Source: Clostridia bacterium (GTDB lineage: Bacteria; Bacillota; Clostridia; RGIG6154). Taken from it: 64,000 bases of DNA. The notes under the pieces are model-generated. The model did no database searches and was not told where the DNA came from. It saw only the letters and a list, made by a program, of their open reading frames with translations. The first letter of the stretch is position 1, and every line of letters begins with the position of its first letter. Positions 39,432-50,178 of the stretch are shown here, piece by piece. Position numbers and translations under genes: made by a program. Location of the stretch: contig JAZNOU010000012.1 in assembly GCA_045589295.1 (NCBI GenBank), positions 183,230 through 247,229 of the forward strand. The letters run 5' to 3'.

Positions 39432-40709
39432 ATGTTTCAGACATTAGCAAATGCCTGGAAGGTACCGGAACTTAGAAAAAAAATGATTTATACTATCTTA
39501 CTTTTGGTAGTATTCAGGTTTGGTTCAATTATCCCTGTTCCGGGACTTGACAAATCAGTTTTGGCAGCACTTGTTGCTGAAGGTTCAAACTCATTGTTTG
39601 GTTTCTTTGACACCATCAGTGGTGGTGCATTCGGAAATGCAACAATTTTCGCAATGAGCATCACACCATATATCAACTCATCAATTATTATGCAGCTTTT
39701 GACAATAGCCATTCCGGCTCTTGAAAGATTGTCAAAAGAAGGCGAAGAAGGCAGAAAGAAAATTGCAACTTACACAAGATATTTAACTGTTGTTTTGGCT
39801 TTCATTCAGGCATCAGGCCTTTATGCAGCACTTCAGGCGTCTGTTTCACAGACAGGTTTCTTGTCATTTGTTACAATTACACTTACTTTCACAGCAGGTA
39901 CTGCATTCTTGATGTGGTTGGGTGAAAAAATGACCGAAAAAGGTGTTGGTAATGGTATTTCGCTCATCATCTTTGTAGGTATTATTTCAAGAGCAGATGA
40001 CGGCGTTAAGGCACTCTTTAGTTATATGGCTGGTAAGATGTATAGCTTTTGGAGTATTGTTGCAGTAGTAGTTTTCTTATTACTTGCACTTGCAATCGTT
40101 GGTTTCGTTGTTCTTATCAATGCAGGTGAAAGAAGAATTCCTGTTCAGTACGCTAAAAGAGTTGTTGGCAGAAAGATGTATGGTGGCCAAAGCACACACA
40201 TTCCGCTTAAGGTTTGTATGGCAGGCGTTATTCCGATTATCTTTGCAATGTCAATCCTGGCATTCCCTGCAACAATTGTTCAGCTCTTCAGCGCGAACCC
40301 TACAGGATTCTGGAAAGGCTTTTTGGACTTGTTTAATTCAAACAGCTGGTTCTATGCAGTAATTTATTTCTTGCTTATAATTTTCTTCACTTATTTCTAC
40401 ACTTCAATACAGTTTAATCCTATTGAAATGGCGAATAACATGAAGGCAAATGGCGGATTTGTTCCAGGTATCAGACCTGGCAGACCTACTTCAGAATATA
40501 TTGCTAAAGTATTGTCTAGAGTAACATTAATCGGTGCTATTGCACTCGGTATTGTTGCTATCATTCCGATTGTATTAAGCAATGTTACAAGCATGAACAT
40601 TGGCATTGGCGGAACTTCAATCCTGATTGTTGTAAGCGTTGCGCTTGAAACAGTAAATCAGCTTGAATCCCAGATGCTTATGCGTCACTATAAAGGGTTT
40701 TTAGAGTAA
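39432..40709 (+). CDS. secY: Preprotein translocase SecY
   Basis: ITPYINSSII, GVGNGISLIIF, AGVIPIIFA, PGIRPG, GGTSILI. Confidence 0.99.
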   Translation: MFQTLANAWKVPELRKKMIYTILLLVVFRFGSIIPVPGLDKSVLAALVAEGSNSLFGFFDTISGGAFGNATIFAMSITPYINSSIIMQLLTIAIPALERLSKEGEEGRKKIATYTRYLTVVLAFIQASGLYAALQASVSQTGFLSFVTITLTFTAGTAFLMWLGEKMTEKGVGNGISLIIFVGIISRADDGVKALFSYMAGKMYSFWSIVAVVVFLLLALAIVGFVVLINAGERRIPVQYAKRVVGRKMYGGQSTHIPLKVCMAGVIPIIFAMSILAFPATIVQLFSANPTGFWKGFLDLFNSNSWFYAVIYFLLIIFFTYFYTSIQFNPIEMANNMKANGGFVPGIRPGRPTSEYIAKVLSRVTLIGAIALGIVAIIPIVLSNVTSMNIGIGGTSILIVVSVALETVNQLESQMLMRHYKGFLE

Positions 40710-40738
40710 AAAATACAACTTATTTAAGGGGCTTTGTT

Positions 40739-41377
40739 ATGAAAATTATTTTACTTGGAGCGCCCGGCGCCGGAAAAGGTACTCAGGCCGAACAAATTTC
40801 TCAGAAATTGAATATTCCGGCTATATCAACAGGCTTTATCATAAGACAGGCAATAGCTGATAAAACACAGGTTGGTATTATGGCTAAGGATTACATTGAT
40901 AAAGGCTTGTTGTTGCCAGATGATGTTGTAATAAAACTATTACTGGAAAGACTTGAAAATGATGATTGCAAAAACGGATATATCTTAGACGGATTTCCGA
41001 GAACAATTGCTCAGGCAGAGGCGTTGGAAACACACAATATCTTAATTGATAAAGTGGTTGACCTTGAGCTTGAAGATGAAGAAATCATCAGAAGACTTTC
41101 AGGAAGAAGAGAATGCTCAAATTGCGGCAGAACATACCACATTGAGCATAACAAACCAAGTGTAGACGGCAAATGTGATTCTTGCGGCGCACATTTAGTG
41201 TGTCGTAAGGATGACGAGCCTGAAACTATAAAAAACAGACTGGCAGTTTACCACAAACAAACAGAACCTTTGAAAGAATTTTACAGTAAAAAGGGACTTT
41301 TGATTAAGGTAGACAGTCAAGGTGGAGTAGCAAAAACTACTGACAAGGTTTTTGAAGCGATGGGAGTAAGTTTATGA
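40739..41377 (+). CDS. adk: Adenylate kinase (zinc lid)
   Basis: GAPGAGKGTQ, LDGFPRT, CSNC...CDSC. Confidence 0.98.
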   Translation: MKIILLGAPGAGKGTQAEQISQKLNIPAISTGFIIRQAIADKTQVGIMAKDYIDKGLLLPDDVVIKLLLERLENDDCKNGYILDGFPRTIAQAEALETHNILIDKVVDLELEDEEIIRRLSGRRECSNCGRTYHIEHNKPSVDGKCDSCGAHLVCRKDDEPETIKNRLAVYHKQTEPLKEFYSKKGLLIKVDSQGGVAKTTDKVFEAMGVSL

Positions 41378-42129
41378 TAAGCGTTAAATCACTTCGGGAG
41401 ATTGAACTTATGAGGTCAGCAGGCAAAATAACTGCTGAAACATTAATGCTTTTGGAAGAAAGCGCAGTTCCCGGAATTTCAACGCTTGAGCTTGACAAAA
41501 TTGCTGAAAACTATATCAGAAAGTGCGGTGCAGTGCCGTCATTTAAGAATTACGGTGGTTTCCCAGGAAGCATTTGTGCTTCTGTTAATGATGAGGTTAT
41601 CCACGGAATTCCGTCTAAAAACAGGATGCTTAGGGAAGGCGATATTATAAGCTTTGATGTTGGCGCTTGTTTTAAAGGCTATCATGGTGACGCTGCAAGA
41701 ACAGTTGGTATTGGTAAAATATCCGATGATGCACAAAAACTGATTGATGTTACAAAACAGAGCTTTTTTGAAGGAATTGAATTTTGCAAACCTTCAAATC
41801 GTGTTTCTGACATCTCTGCTGCAGTGCAGAAGTATGCCGAAAGTTTCGGTTACGGCGTTGTAAGAGATTATGTGGGGCACGGTATCGGCTCAAATTTGCA
41901 TGAGGCTCCTGAAGTTCCTAATTTTGCGGATATTTCAAGGGGAAGAGGTGCAAGACTTGTCGCAGGTATGACGATTGCAATTGAACCTATGATTAATATG
42001 GGCGACTACAGAGTTAAAGTTTTAGATGATGATTGGACAGTCAAAACTCTGGACGGCTGCTTGTCTGCCCATTATGAAAATACCGTTCTTATTACAAGCG
42101 GAAAACCTGAAATTTTAACGCTACTTTAA
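41374..42129 (+). CDS. map: Methionine aminopeptidase type I
   Basis: SVNDEVIHGIP, GHGIG, LHEAP, IEPM, SAHYENT. Confidence 0.98.
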   Translation: MISVKSLREIELMRSAGKITAETLMLLEESAVPGISTLELDKIAENYIRKCGAVPSFKNYGGFPGSICASVNDEVIHGIPSKNRMLREGDIISFDVGACFKGYHGDAARTVGIGKISDDAQKLIDVTKQSFFEGIEFCKPSNRVSDISAAVQKYAESFGYGVVRDYVGHGIGSNLHEAPEVPNFADISRGRGARLVAGMTIAIEPMINMGDYRVKVLDDDWTVKTLDGCLSAHYENTVLITSGKPEILTLL

Positions 42130-42150
42130 AATTCGTAGAGGTGATTTTAA

Positions 42151-42423
42151 TTGGACGTTTACCCCGGGCTTATTGTTAAATCAACAGCTGGAAGGGATAA
42201 AGACAAATTTTTCGTGGTTCTAGGCATTATAGATGATATTTATTGTCTTATAGCCGATGGAAGAACCAGAAAAGTGGATATGCCCAAAAAGAAAAAAATT
42301 AAGCATTTAGTTTTTTTAGATGCTTGTTCTGAGGGTATAAAAGACAAAATTGAAACCGCTCAGACGGTTACCAATTCAATGGTCAGAAAAGAATTAAAGT
42401 CTTTTGAAGACTTTGAAATGTAG
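42151..42423 (+). CDS. oapB: KOW/L14e-like RNA-binding protein (YbzG), OLE-associated protein B
   Basis: [30 protein letters not shown]; located between map and infA. Confidence 0.85.
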   Translation: MDVYPGLIVKSTAGRDKDKFFVVLGIIDDIYCLIADGRTRKVDMPKKKKIKHLVFLDACSEGIKDKIETAQTVTNSMVRKELKSFEDFEM

Positions 42424-42452
42424 CTAAATTTCTTATTAAGGAGTGTGTATCC

Positions 42453-42671
42453 ATGTCGAAAGACGATATGCTGGAACTTGAAGGAACAGTTGTAGAATCA
42501 CTTCCTAATGCGATGTTCCAAGTTGAACTTGAAAACGGACATGTGATTTTGGCTCACATTGCAGGTAAACTTCGTATGAATTTCATAAGAATTTTACCAG
42601 GTGATAAGGTTACGGTTGAAATGAGCCCGTATGACCTTACTCGTGGCAGAATAACATGGCGTGCTAAATAA
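42453..42671 (+). CDS. infA: Translation initiation factor IF-1
   Basis: [25 protein letters not shown]. Confidence 0.99.
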   Translation: MSKDDMLELEGTVVESLPNAMFQVELENGHVILAHIAGKLRMNFIRILPGDKVTVEMSPYDLTRGRITWRAK

Positions 42672-42737
42672 TTATAAAAATTGCGTTAAGGCAAATATCG
42701 CCGTAAATTACGGCTGAAAAAATGGAGGTTATTTTTT

Positions 42738-42851
42738 ATGAAAGTCAGACCATCCGTAAAACCTATTTGCGAAAAATGTAAAATCATTAAGCGCAAAGGA
42801 AACATTATGGTAATTTGTGAAAATCCAAAACACAAACAGAAGCAAGGCTGA
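42738..42851 (+). CDS. rpmJ: 50S ribosomal protein L36 (37 aa, absent from ORF track)
   Basis: Manual translation: [37 protein letters not shown]. Confidence 0.98.
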   Translation: MKVRPSVKPICEKCKIIKRKGNIMVICENPKHKQKQG

Positions 42852-42872
42852 TAAAAGGAGGTGTAAGACTTT

Positions 42873-43241
42873 ATGGCAAGAATAGCAGGTGTTGACTTAC
42901 CACGTGAAAAACGTGTTGAAATCGGACTTACTTATATCTATGGCATAGGTGTTAGTTTATCGAGAAAAATTCTTGAAAAAACAGGTGTAAATCCTGACAC
43001 AAGAGTTAAAGATTTGACAGAAGATGAAGTTTCAAAACTTCGTGATATTATCGATAAGGAATGTACAGTAGAAGGTGATTTAAGACGTCAGACAGCTCTT
43101 GATATCAAGCGTCTTATGGAAATCGGCTGTTACAGAGGCTTAAGACACAGAAGAGGTCTTCCTTGCAGAGGTCAGAGAACAAAGACTAATGCGAGAACAA
43201 GAAAAGGTCCTAAAAAGACTATCGCAAATAAGAAGAAGTAA
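42873..43241 (+). CDS. rpsM: 30S ribosomal protein S13
   Basis: [24 protein letters not shown]. Confidence 0.99.
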   Translation: MARIAGVDLPREKRVEIGLTYIYGIGVSLSRKILEKTGVNPDTRVKDLTEDEVSKLRDIIDKECTVEGDLRRQTALDIKRLMEIGCYRGLRHRRGLPCRGQRTKTNARTRKGPKKTIANKKK

Positions 43242-43253
43242 GGAGGCAATGAG

Positions 43254-43652
43254 ATGGCAAAAACTGCTACAAAGAAAACCGTCAGAAGACGTAGAGAAAG
43301 AAAAAATATTGAAAAAGGTGCAGTTCATATTAATTCTACCTTTAACAATACTATTGTTACAATTACTGACACTCAGGGTAATGCTATTTCATGGGCAAGT
43401 GCCGGCGAATTAGGTTTCAAAGGTTCTAAAAAATCAACTCCGTTTGCTGCACAGATGGCAGCAGAAACAGCAGCAAAAGCTGCTCAGGAACACGGTCTTA
43501 AGAGCGTAGAAGTATACGTTAAAGGACCTGGTGCCGGAAGAGAAGCTGCAATCAGAGCACTTCAGGCAGTTGGACTTGATGTAAACATGATTAAGGACGT
43601 TACACCTATTCCTCACAACGGTTGCAGACCGCCTAAGAGAAGAAGAGTGTGA
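43254..43652 (+). CDS. rpsK: 30S ribosomal protein S11
   Basis: [23 protein letters not shown]. Confidence 0.99.
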   Translation: MAKTATKKTVRRRRERKNIEKGAVHINSTFNNTIVTITDTQGNAISWASAGELGFKGSKKSTPFAAQMAAETAAKAAQEHGLKSVEVYVKGPGAGREAAIRALQAVGLDVNMIKDVTPIPHNGCRPPKRRRV

Positions 43653-43702
43653 TTTTTGATTAATAACTTTGTTAAATATTAAAAAACGGAGGTAAGAGTA
43701 AT

Positions 43703-44329
43703 ATGGCAAGATATACAGGTGCTGTATGCAGACTCTGCAGACGTGAGGGCATGAAGCTTTACTTGAAAGGCGAACGTTGCTATACTGACAAGTGCAGTAT
43801 CAAGAAAAGACAGTATGCTCCAGGTCAGCATGGTCAGGGAAGAAAAAAATTGTCAGAATACGGCGTTCAGCTTAGAGAAAAGCAGAAAGCTAGACGTTAT
43901 TATGGTATATTGGAAGGTCAGTTCAGACATTATTTTGAATTGGCTGAAAAGAAACAGGGTATCACCGGTGAAAACCTGTTGTCAATTTTAGAAACAAGAC
44001 TTGACAACGTTGCTTACAGATTGGGCATCGGTACTTCACGTGCTGAAGCAAGACAGCTTGTAAGACATGGTCACGTTTTGGTTAACGGTAAAAAAGTTAA
44101 CATTCCTTCTTTCTTAGTTTCAGTAGGCGATGTTATCACATTGAAGGAAGCTAGCAGAGGTTCTGAAAAAATTAAAGCTGTTTTAGAAGCAACCTCAGGT
44201 AGAGCTGTTCCAAAGTGGCTTGACTATAACAGAGATACTTTAGAAGCTAAGGTTATCGCTGCTCCTGCAAGAGACGATATTGATCTCGAAATTGCAGAAC
44301 ACTTAATCGTTGAGTTGTATTCTAAATAA
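43703..44329 (+). CDS. rpsD: 30S ribosomal protein S4
   Basis: MARYTG, PGQHG, RLDNV, IVELYSK. Confidence 0.99.
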   Translation: MARYTGAVCRLCRREGMKLYLKGERCYTDKCSIKKRQYAPGQHGQGRKKLSEYGVQLREKQKARRYYGILEGQFRHYFELAEKKQGITGENLLSILETRLDNVAYRLGIGTSRAEARQLVRHGHVLVNGKKVNIPSFLVSVGDVITLKEASRGSEKIKAVLEATSGRAVPKWLDYNRDTLEAKVIAAPARDDIDLEIAEHLIVELYSK

Positions 44330-44394
44330 TAAAATCAGCTCGTAGCAAGCGAACGTTCCTGCCCTAAAAGGTGGGCTTGTAAAGGAGGGTTAAT

Positions 44395-45348
44395 ATGTTA
44401 GAAATGCAAAAGCCTGAAATAGAGTGCGTCGAAATGGCTCCGGACGGAACTTACGGCAAATTTGTTGTAGAACCGTTGGAAAGAGGCTATGGTATTACAA
44501 TTGGTAACTCTTTAAGACGTACACTTTTATCCTCATTACCCGGTGCTGCTGCATCTTTCATCAAAATTGAAGGTGTTCAGCATGAATTTTCATCAATTCC
44601 GGGCGTAAAAGAAGATGTTGTTGAGATTATTCTTAACATTAAAAATTTACATGTAAAGCTCCATGAACCGGGACCGAAGCTCGTTTATATCGAGGCTTCA
44701 GGTAAAGGCGTTGTTACAGCAGGTGACATTAAAGCTGACTCAGGAGTTGAAATTTTAAATCCTGACCTTCATATTGCAACTTTAAATGAAGATGCAAAGC
44801 TTAACATGGAAATTACGCTTACATCAGGTAGAGGATATGTTTCTGCTGATAAAAATCGTATGGAAAGCCAGTCAATTATCGGAATTATTCCTGTTGACTC
44901 AATCTATACACCTGTTACAAAGGTTAACTATCAGATTGAAAACACCCGCGTTGGCCACGTAACCGACTATGACAAACTTACAGTTGAAGTTTGGACAAAC
45001 GGTACAATCCAGCCGGACAAGGCAGTAAGCCTTGCTGCACAGATTTTAACAGAACACTTAAAACTTTTCCTTGATTTGTCTGAAGGTGTGGCACATACTG
45101 AGGTGCTTGTAAGCAAGACAGATACTAAAAAAGAAAAAGTTATGGAAATGACAATCGAAGAACTTGATTTGTCAGTTCGTTCTTACAACTGCTTGAAACG
45201 TGCAGGTGTTAATACTGTTGAAGATTTAGCAGGAAAGACCGAAGAAGATATGATGAGAGTAAGAAATCTTGGTAAAAAATCTTTGGAAGAAGTGCTTAAC
45301 AAGATGGAAAGCCTCGGTCTTAATTTGAGAAAAGAAGAAGACGAATAA
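44395..45348 (+). CDS. rpoA: RNA polymerase alpha subunit
   Basis: [20 protein letters not shown]. Confidence 0.99.
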   Translation: MLEMQKPEIECVEMAPDGTYGKFVVEPLERGYGITIGNSLRRTLLSSLPGAAASFIKIEGVQHEFSSIPGVKEDVVEIILNIKNLHVKLHEPGPKLVYIEASGKGVVTAGDIKADSGVEILNPDLHIATLNEDAKLNMEITLTSGRGYVSADKNRMESQSIIGIIPVDSIYTPVTKVNYQIENTRVGHVTDYDKLTVEVWTNGTIQPDKAVSLAAQILTEHLKLFLDLSEGVAHTEVLVSKTDTKKEKVMEMTIEELDLSVRSYNCLKRAGVNTVEDLAGKTEEDMMRVRNLGKKSLEEVLNKMESLGLNLRKEEDE

Positions 45349-45391
45349 TTCGTCTACGTGAGTTTTATCCCTACAAAAAGGAGGTTTTAAA

Positions 45392-45733
45392 ATGCCGGGA
45401 ACAAGAAAGTTGGGCCGTGCAACTGCCCACAGACAGGCAATGCTCAGAAATTTAACAACATCACTTTTGGAAAACGGTAAAATGGTTACAACCGAAACAA
45501 GAGCAAAAGAAGTTAGATGCTTAGCTGAAAAAATGATCACTCTTGGTAAGAAGAATACTCTTCACACAAGACGTCAGGCTCTTGCTTTTATCACAAAAGA
45601 AGACGTTGTTACAAAGCTGTTCAGTGAAATAGCTCCAAAATATGCTGAAAGAAACGGCGGATATACCAGAATTATTAAAATGGCTCCAAGAAGAGGAGAC
45701 GGCGCTTCACAGGCACTTATTGAATTAGTATAA
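45392..45733 (+). CDS. rplQ: 50S ribosomal protein L17
   Basis: [18 protein letters not shown]. Confidence 0.99.
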   Translation: MPGTRKLGRATAHRQAMLRNLTTSLLENGKMVTTETRAKEVRCLAEKMITLGKKNTLHTRRQALAFITKEDVVTKLFSEIAPKYAERNGGYTRIIKMAPRRGDGASQALIELV

Positions 45734-45744
45734 TTTAATAACTT

Positions 45745-45775
45745 AAATCCACCCTTTTTAAGGGTGGATTTTTTG
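45745..45775 (+). terminator. Terminator of the ribosomal cluster
   Basis: aaatccaccctt/aagggtggattt followed by T-run. Confidence 0.85.
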
Positions 45776-45784
45776 TGCCTTATA

Positions 45785-45813
45785 TTGACAAGTTGGTTAC
45801 TGTGGGGTATAAT
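45785..45813 (+). promoter_or_regulatory. Consensus sigmaA promoter
   Basis: TTGACA-17 nt-TATAAT. Confidence 0.85.
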
Positions 45814-45845
45814 AAAATATATTTATATAGTAAAGGAGAAAGTAT

Positions 45846-47327
45846 ATGAGAAAGATTATTAGCATTTTATTGTGCCTTTCAATGCTTTTGAGTGTTACTT
45901 CTGTTTTTGCTGCAGAGCCAATCTCAAAGGTATTAGACGACACAAACATTGTAAATGTAACAGGCTATGTTGAAAGTGGCGATACTGTTAACATCTTGCT
46001 TTTAGATGATAATAAGGACGTTAAATACATCAACGAGTTCCCTGTTAACGCTACAGACAAAACCTACAGAGCCAAATTTAAGTATGAAGATAAAATTGAA
46101 GGTCTTACACTTTCTGTAAGGCAGGGCGAAGCTAATGTTACACCTTCAGTTGTTTCTGCCATTTCTGAAAAAGAACCGATTTCATACGAACTTAATGTTA
46201 CAAACACAGCAAGTAAAACAAAAATTCAAGCAGAAATTGGAAACTATTTCAATGTTGCAGATAAGACTTATACAGTTATGCTTGCATACTACGGCGAAAA
46301 TGACAGACTCTTAAATGTTTATGTAGAAGAAGAAAAAAGTGTTGCAAACGATAAAACAGAAGACAAATTAGAGTATGTTATTCCTCAAAATGCTAAGAAA
46401 ATCAAAGTGTTTATGTGGGACAGCGTTAAGACAATGATACCGCTTGCAAAAGAAATTACAGGAAAGAAGAATGATACTATTAAAGTTTTAGCAATTGGAA
46501 ACAGCTTTGCAGAAGATTCAACAAAGTATCTTAAAGATATTGCGCTGACGGACGGAATTACAATGCAGGTTGACACAGCACTTATCGGCGGTTCAACATT
46601 TAAAATGCATTGGGATGCATGGCAGAACGAAGAAAAGGCGTATACTATATATGACGCTGCGTGGAATGCAACATCGGTAGACATTAACTATTTCTTGGAT
46701 AATAATATATATGACTTCATTACAATTCAGCAGGTAAGCCAAGACAGCGGCAAATATGATACATACAGTGAATATGCTGACAAAATGCTTAAATATTTAA
46801 GAGAAAAACAGCCAACTGCTGAGTTTGTGCTTCATGCAACATGGGCTTATGAAGAAGGTTCAACACACGCTGGTTTTGCAAATTACGGAGGCAACCAGAA
46901 GACTATGCATGATGCAATTTTAGATGCAGTGACACGTTATTGTGACTATGCAAAAGACCTTACAACTGATGGAGAGGAAAAGCTTCCAATTTCTTTAGAC
47001 GGCAAGCCACTTCGTTATATTCCAACAGGCATTGCGTTTATGAATGCAAGACAAAATCCTATGTTTGACACAAAATATACAGGCACAGAAAACTCAGAAG
47101 TTGATACAACTATAGTTCGTACACTCCACCGTGACGGTTATCATTCAAGCTATAACTATGGAAGATATTTGGCAGCACTTACATGGTATGCCTGCCTTAC
47201 AGGAAACTCAGTTGTAAACAACACTTATACCCATTCAAATCCAAAATATCAAATTCCTGAAGATGCAAGACCTGTTATAAACAGAGCTGCTCAGGATGCA
47301 GTTAACAGCACAGGACTTTGGAACTGA
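45846..47327 (+). CDS. Secreted SGNH-fold (DUF4886-like) esterase with N-terminal beta-rich domains, copy 1
   Basis: Signal peptide; KVLAIGNSF, IGG, ITIQQVS, HATWAY, RDGYH, GRYLAALTW. Confidence 0.8.
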   Translation: MRKIISILLCLSMLLSVTSVFAAEPISKVLDDTNIVNVTGYVESGDTVNILLLDDNKDVKYINEFPVNATDKTYRAKFKYEDKIEGLTLSVRQGEANVTPSVVSAISEKEPISYELNVTNTASKTKIQAEIGNYFNVADKTYTVMLAYYGENDRLLNVYVEEEKSVANDKTEDKLEYVIPQNAKKIKVFMWDSVKTMIPLAKEITGKKNDTIKVLAIGNSFAEDSTKYLKDIALTDGITMQVDTALIGGSTFKMHWDAWQNEEKAYTIYDAAWNATSVDINYFLDNNIYDFITIQQVSQDSGKYDTYSEYADKMLKYLREKQPTAEFVLHATWAYEEGSTHAGFANYGGNQKTMHDAILDAVTRYCDYAKDLTTDGEEKLPISLDGKPLRYIPTGIAFMNARQNPMFDTKYTGTENSEVDTTIVRTLHRDGYHSSYNYGRYLAALTWYACLTGNSVVNNTYTHSNPKYQIPEDARPVINRAAQDAVNSTGLWN

Positions 47328-47336
47328 TAATGATTT

Positions 47337-47362
47337 AAAACGAGCCTTTTGGCTCGTTTTTA
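47337..47362 (+). terminator. Terminator
   Basis: aaaacgagcc-tttt-ggctcgttttt. Confidence 0.85.
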
Positions 47363-47375
47363 TTGTGAAAACTTA

Positions 47376-47404
47376 TTGACAAGCAAGTGGATATTTGATA
47401 TAAT
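47376..47404 (+). promoter_or_regulatory. Consensus sigmaA promoter
   Basis: TTGACA-17 nt-TATAAT. Confidence 0.85.
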
Positions 47405-47444
47405 ATATCATGTCTATACAGTAATTTGATAAGGAGAGATTTTA

Positions 47445-48953
47445 ATGAAAAAGATAGTAAGTATTTTGCTTGCCATTTCAATGCTTTTGAGTGTTACTTC
47501 TGTTTTGGCTGCAAAGCCTGAATCAACAGTGCTTGAAAGTACAAAAATTGTAAATGTTACAGGCAAATTAACAGATGGCGGCGAGAGTGTAAATATACTT
47601 CTTTTAGATGGCGGAAATGTTAAGTACATAAACGAGTTCCCTGTTGAAAAAGATGGTTCATACAGAGCAAAATTTAAGTATGAAGATAAAATTGAAGGTC
47701 TTACACTTTCTGTAAAGCAGGGCGAAGCTGATGTTACAGCTTCAGTTGTTAGTGCTGTATCAGATAAAGAGGCTGTTGTTTATGAATTAGATGCAGTAAA
47801 CTCACCTATTAATACAGAAGTTATTGCAAAAATTGAAAACCACTACAACGTTACAGGAAAAGCATATCAGGTTGTTGTTGCATATTACGATGCAAACAAC
47901 AAGCTTCAGAACATTATTATAAATAATAAAACAGTTGAAGAAGGACTTAATATTTTTGCAGAAGACTTTAAAATTCCTGATGATGCTAAAAAAATAAAAG
48001 TATTTATGTGGGACAGCGTTAAAACAATGATTCCGCTTGCCAAAAGCGTTGAAGCTAAGGACACAATAAGAGTTTTGGCAATTGGTAACAGCTATGCGGT
48101 AGACGCTTTTGAATATCTTGATGATATTGCGGCAAAAGAGGGTGTAAATTTAGAGCTTCGTATTGCTCAAATCGGCGGTGCCACATTTACAACACACTGG
48201 AATGCTTGGACAGCAGAAACCCCTGAAGGAAGAAACCGATATTATGAAAATGATGTAAAATATGACATCGCACACTTCTTAGAGGATGGTTCGAGATATG
48301 ATTATATCACCATTCAGCAGAGTAGTGCAAACAGCGGTGATGTTAATAACTATATGAATGACGCAGAAAATGTTGTTAAATATATCAGAGAAAAACAGCC
48401 TACCGCTGAAATTTTAATCCACAAGACATGGGCAAATGAAAAAGGTTCACCGGTTGATGCATTTGTGAAAACATATAACAGTGATCAGGCATATATGACA
48501 GAGCAGATTGATAAGTGCGTAGAGAATGCAAGAATTGAGCTTGGCAAAGTAAAGACTGCTTCAGGGCTTGAAGTTTCACCGGGAGGAAAGCCACTTCGTT
48601 ACATCCCGTCAGGTGATGCGGTTGTTATTGCAAGACAGAGTAAGATGTTTGATACAGAATATACAGGCGAAGCTATTTGGGATGATGTTAACAAATACAG
48701 TGCACCGGAAGATATGGAATGGAAGGCTATTGAAAATAATGAGGAGTACATTTCACTCCATCGCGACAGTTATCACTGCAGCAGAAGATTTGGCAGATAT
48801 TTAGTTGCTCTTGTATGGTACAGATGTTTAACAGGAAATTCTGTTGCAAACAACACATATACACACTCAATGTATCCTATTACTGATGAAGGAAGAGCTA
48901 TTATAAACGCAGCTGCAGAAAAAGCAGTTGTAGACTCAGGTATTTGGGACTAA
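47445..48953 (+). CDS. Secreted SGNH-fold (DUF4886-like) esterase, copy 2
   Basis: Paralog of 45846-47327; RVLAIGNSY, ITIQQSS, HKTWA, RDSYH, GRYLVALVW. Confidence 0.8.
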   Translation: MKKIVSILLAISMLLSVTSVLAAKPESTVLESTKIVNVTGKLTDGGESVNILLLDGGNVKYINEFPVEKDGSYRAKFKYEDKIEGLTLSVKQGEADVTASVVSAVSDKEAVVYELDAVNSPINTEVIAKIENHYNVTGKAYQVVVAYYDANNKLQNIIINNKTVEEGLNIFAEDFKIPDDAKKIKVFMWDSVKTMIPLAKSVEAKDTIRVLAIGNSYAVDAFEYLDDIAAKEGVNLELRIAQIGGATFTTHWNAWTAETPEGRNRYYENDVKYDIAHFLEDGSRYDYITIQQSSANSGDVNNYMNDAENVVKYIREKQPTAEILIHKTWANEKGSPVDAFVKTYNSDQAYMTEQIDKCVENARIELGKVKTASGLEVSPGGKPLRYIPSGDAVVIARQSKMFDTEYTGEAIWDDVNKYSAPEDMEWKAIENNEEYISLHRDSYHCSRRFGRYLVALVWYRCLTGNSVANNTYTHSMYPITDEGRAIINAAAEKAVVDSGIWD

Positions 48954-48962
48954 TTAAAATTT

Positions 48963-48986
48963 AAACGAGCCGAAAGGCTCGTTTTA
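48963..48986 (+). terminator. Terminator with the same stem as 47337-47362
   Basis: aaacgagcc-gaaa-ggctcgtttt. Confidence 0.85.
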
Positions 48987-49047
48987 TTTATACATAAAAG
49001 TTTTTAGTAAGAATATACTTTAGTAACTTGTGTATAAGAGGTGTAGT

Positions 49048-50178
49048 ATGAAGAAAAGAATATTTGTTCTTTTACTGGCTTTAAGTTTGATTACCTTAAA
49101 TACAGAAGCTAAAGATATAAGCAGTCTTGTTTCGCCGTCAGCTATTTTAGTGGACGGATACACGGGCAAAGTGCTTTTTGAAAAAAATCCTGATGAAAAG
49201 ATGCCACCAGCATCGGTTACCAAAATAATGACAATGCTTTTGGTTATGGAAGCAATAGACAGAGGAGAAATAAGCTTTGATGATATTGTGACTGTTTCTG
49301 AAAATGCTGCAAAAAAAGAAGGCTCACACATTTTTTTAGCATCGGGTGAACAAATGAGCGTGCGCGATCTGATGAAAGGTGTGGCGGTTGCATCAGGAAA
49401 TGACGCGTCTATTGCACTCGGAGAGTATCTTTCTGGCAGTCACGAAAAGTTTGTTGAAAAAATGAACCAAAGAGCAAGTGAACTTGGGATGACAAACACA
49501 CATTTTGTAAACTGTAATGGTCTTGATGCTGACGGGCATTTGACAACGGCACGTGATATTGCAAAAATGACGGTAGAACTTTTAAAGCATCCTAAGATTT
49601 TTGAGTTTACTACCATTTGGATGGACACATTAAGAAATGGGGCATTTGGTCTTGCCAACACAAATAAGCTTATAAGATTTTATGACGGCGCTAACGGAAT
49701 GAAAACAGGTTCAACGTCAAAGGCGGGGTGCTGCATATCGGCAACAGCTTTAAGAGATGGAATGCAGCTTGCCGCGGTTATTATGGGTGCACCAAACTCA
49801 AATGAAAGGTTTTCTGATGCATCTACTCTTTTGAATTATGGATTTGGGGGATTTGAAAACGTAGTTTTAGGCAAATCAAGTGAGACTTTAAAGTATATAG
49901 ATGTAAACAAGGGAATAAAAAAGACGGTAAAAGTTTGTCTTAAAAACGATTTTTCAGCAGTTCTTCCAAAAGGTAAAGCAAAGGGGATAACAAGTGCCGA
50001 AAATCTGCCTGAGAAAATTGAGGCACCTGTGAAAAAGGGGGAGGTTGTTGGTAAGATTACCTTTTATGATGGACAAAAGCCTATAGGAGAGGTTGAAATA
50101 ACCGCAAATGAAGACATAGAAAGAATCGATTTTTCGTATTCGTTAAAACAACTTCTTCTTAATTTTTTTAGCTTGTAA
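49048..50178 (+). CDS. dacF: D-alanyl-D-alanine carboxypeptidase (DacF-like, S11)
   Basis: PASVTK, SGN, KTG motifs; FTTIWMDTLRNG.FGLANTNKL segment resembles the sporulation DacF group. Confidence 0.75.
   Translation: MKKRIFVLLLALSLITLNTEAKDISSLVSPSAILVDGYTGKVLFEKNPDEKMPPASVTKIMTMLLVMEAIDRGEISFDDIVTVSENAAKKEGSHIFLASGEQMSVRDLMKGVAVASGNDASIALGEYLSGSHEKFVEKMNQRASELGMTNTHFVNCNGLDADGHLTTARDIAKMTVELLKHPKIFEFTTIWMDTLRNGAFGLANTNKLIRFYDGANGMKTGSTSKAGCCISATALRDGMQLAAVIMGAPNSNERFSDASTLLNYGFGGFENVVLGKSSETLKYIDVNKGIKKTVKVCLKNDFSAVLPKGKAKGITSAENLPEKIEAPVKKGEVVGKITFYDGQKPIGEVEITANEDIERIDFSYSLKQLLLNFFSL

Noticed and set aside
44335-44385. Small hairpins in ribosomal intergenic spacers (rpsD-rpoA; also rpsJ-rplC and infA-rpmJ)
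   Set aside because: Short stems with alternative pairings; cannot be supported as regulators without an alignment.
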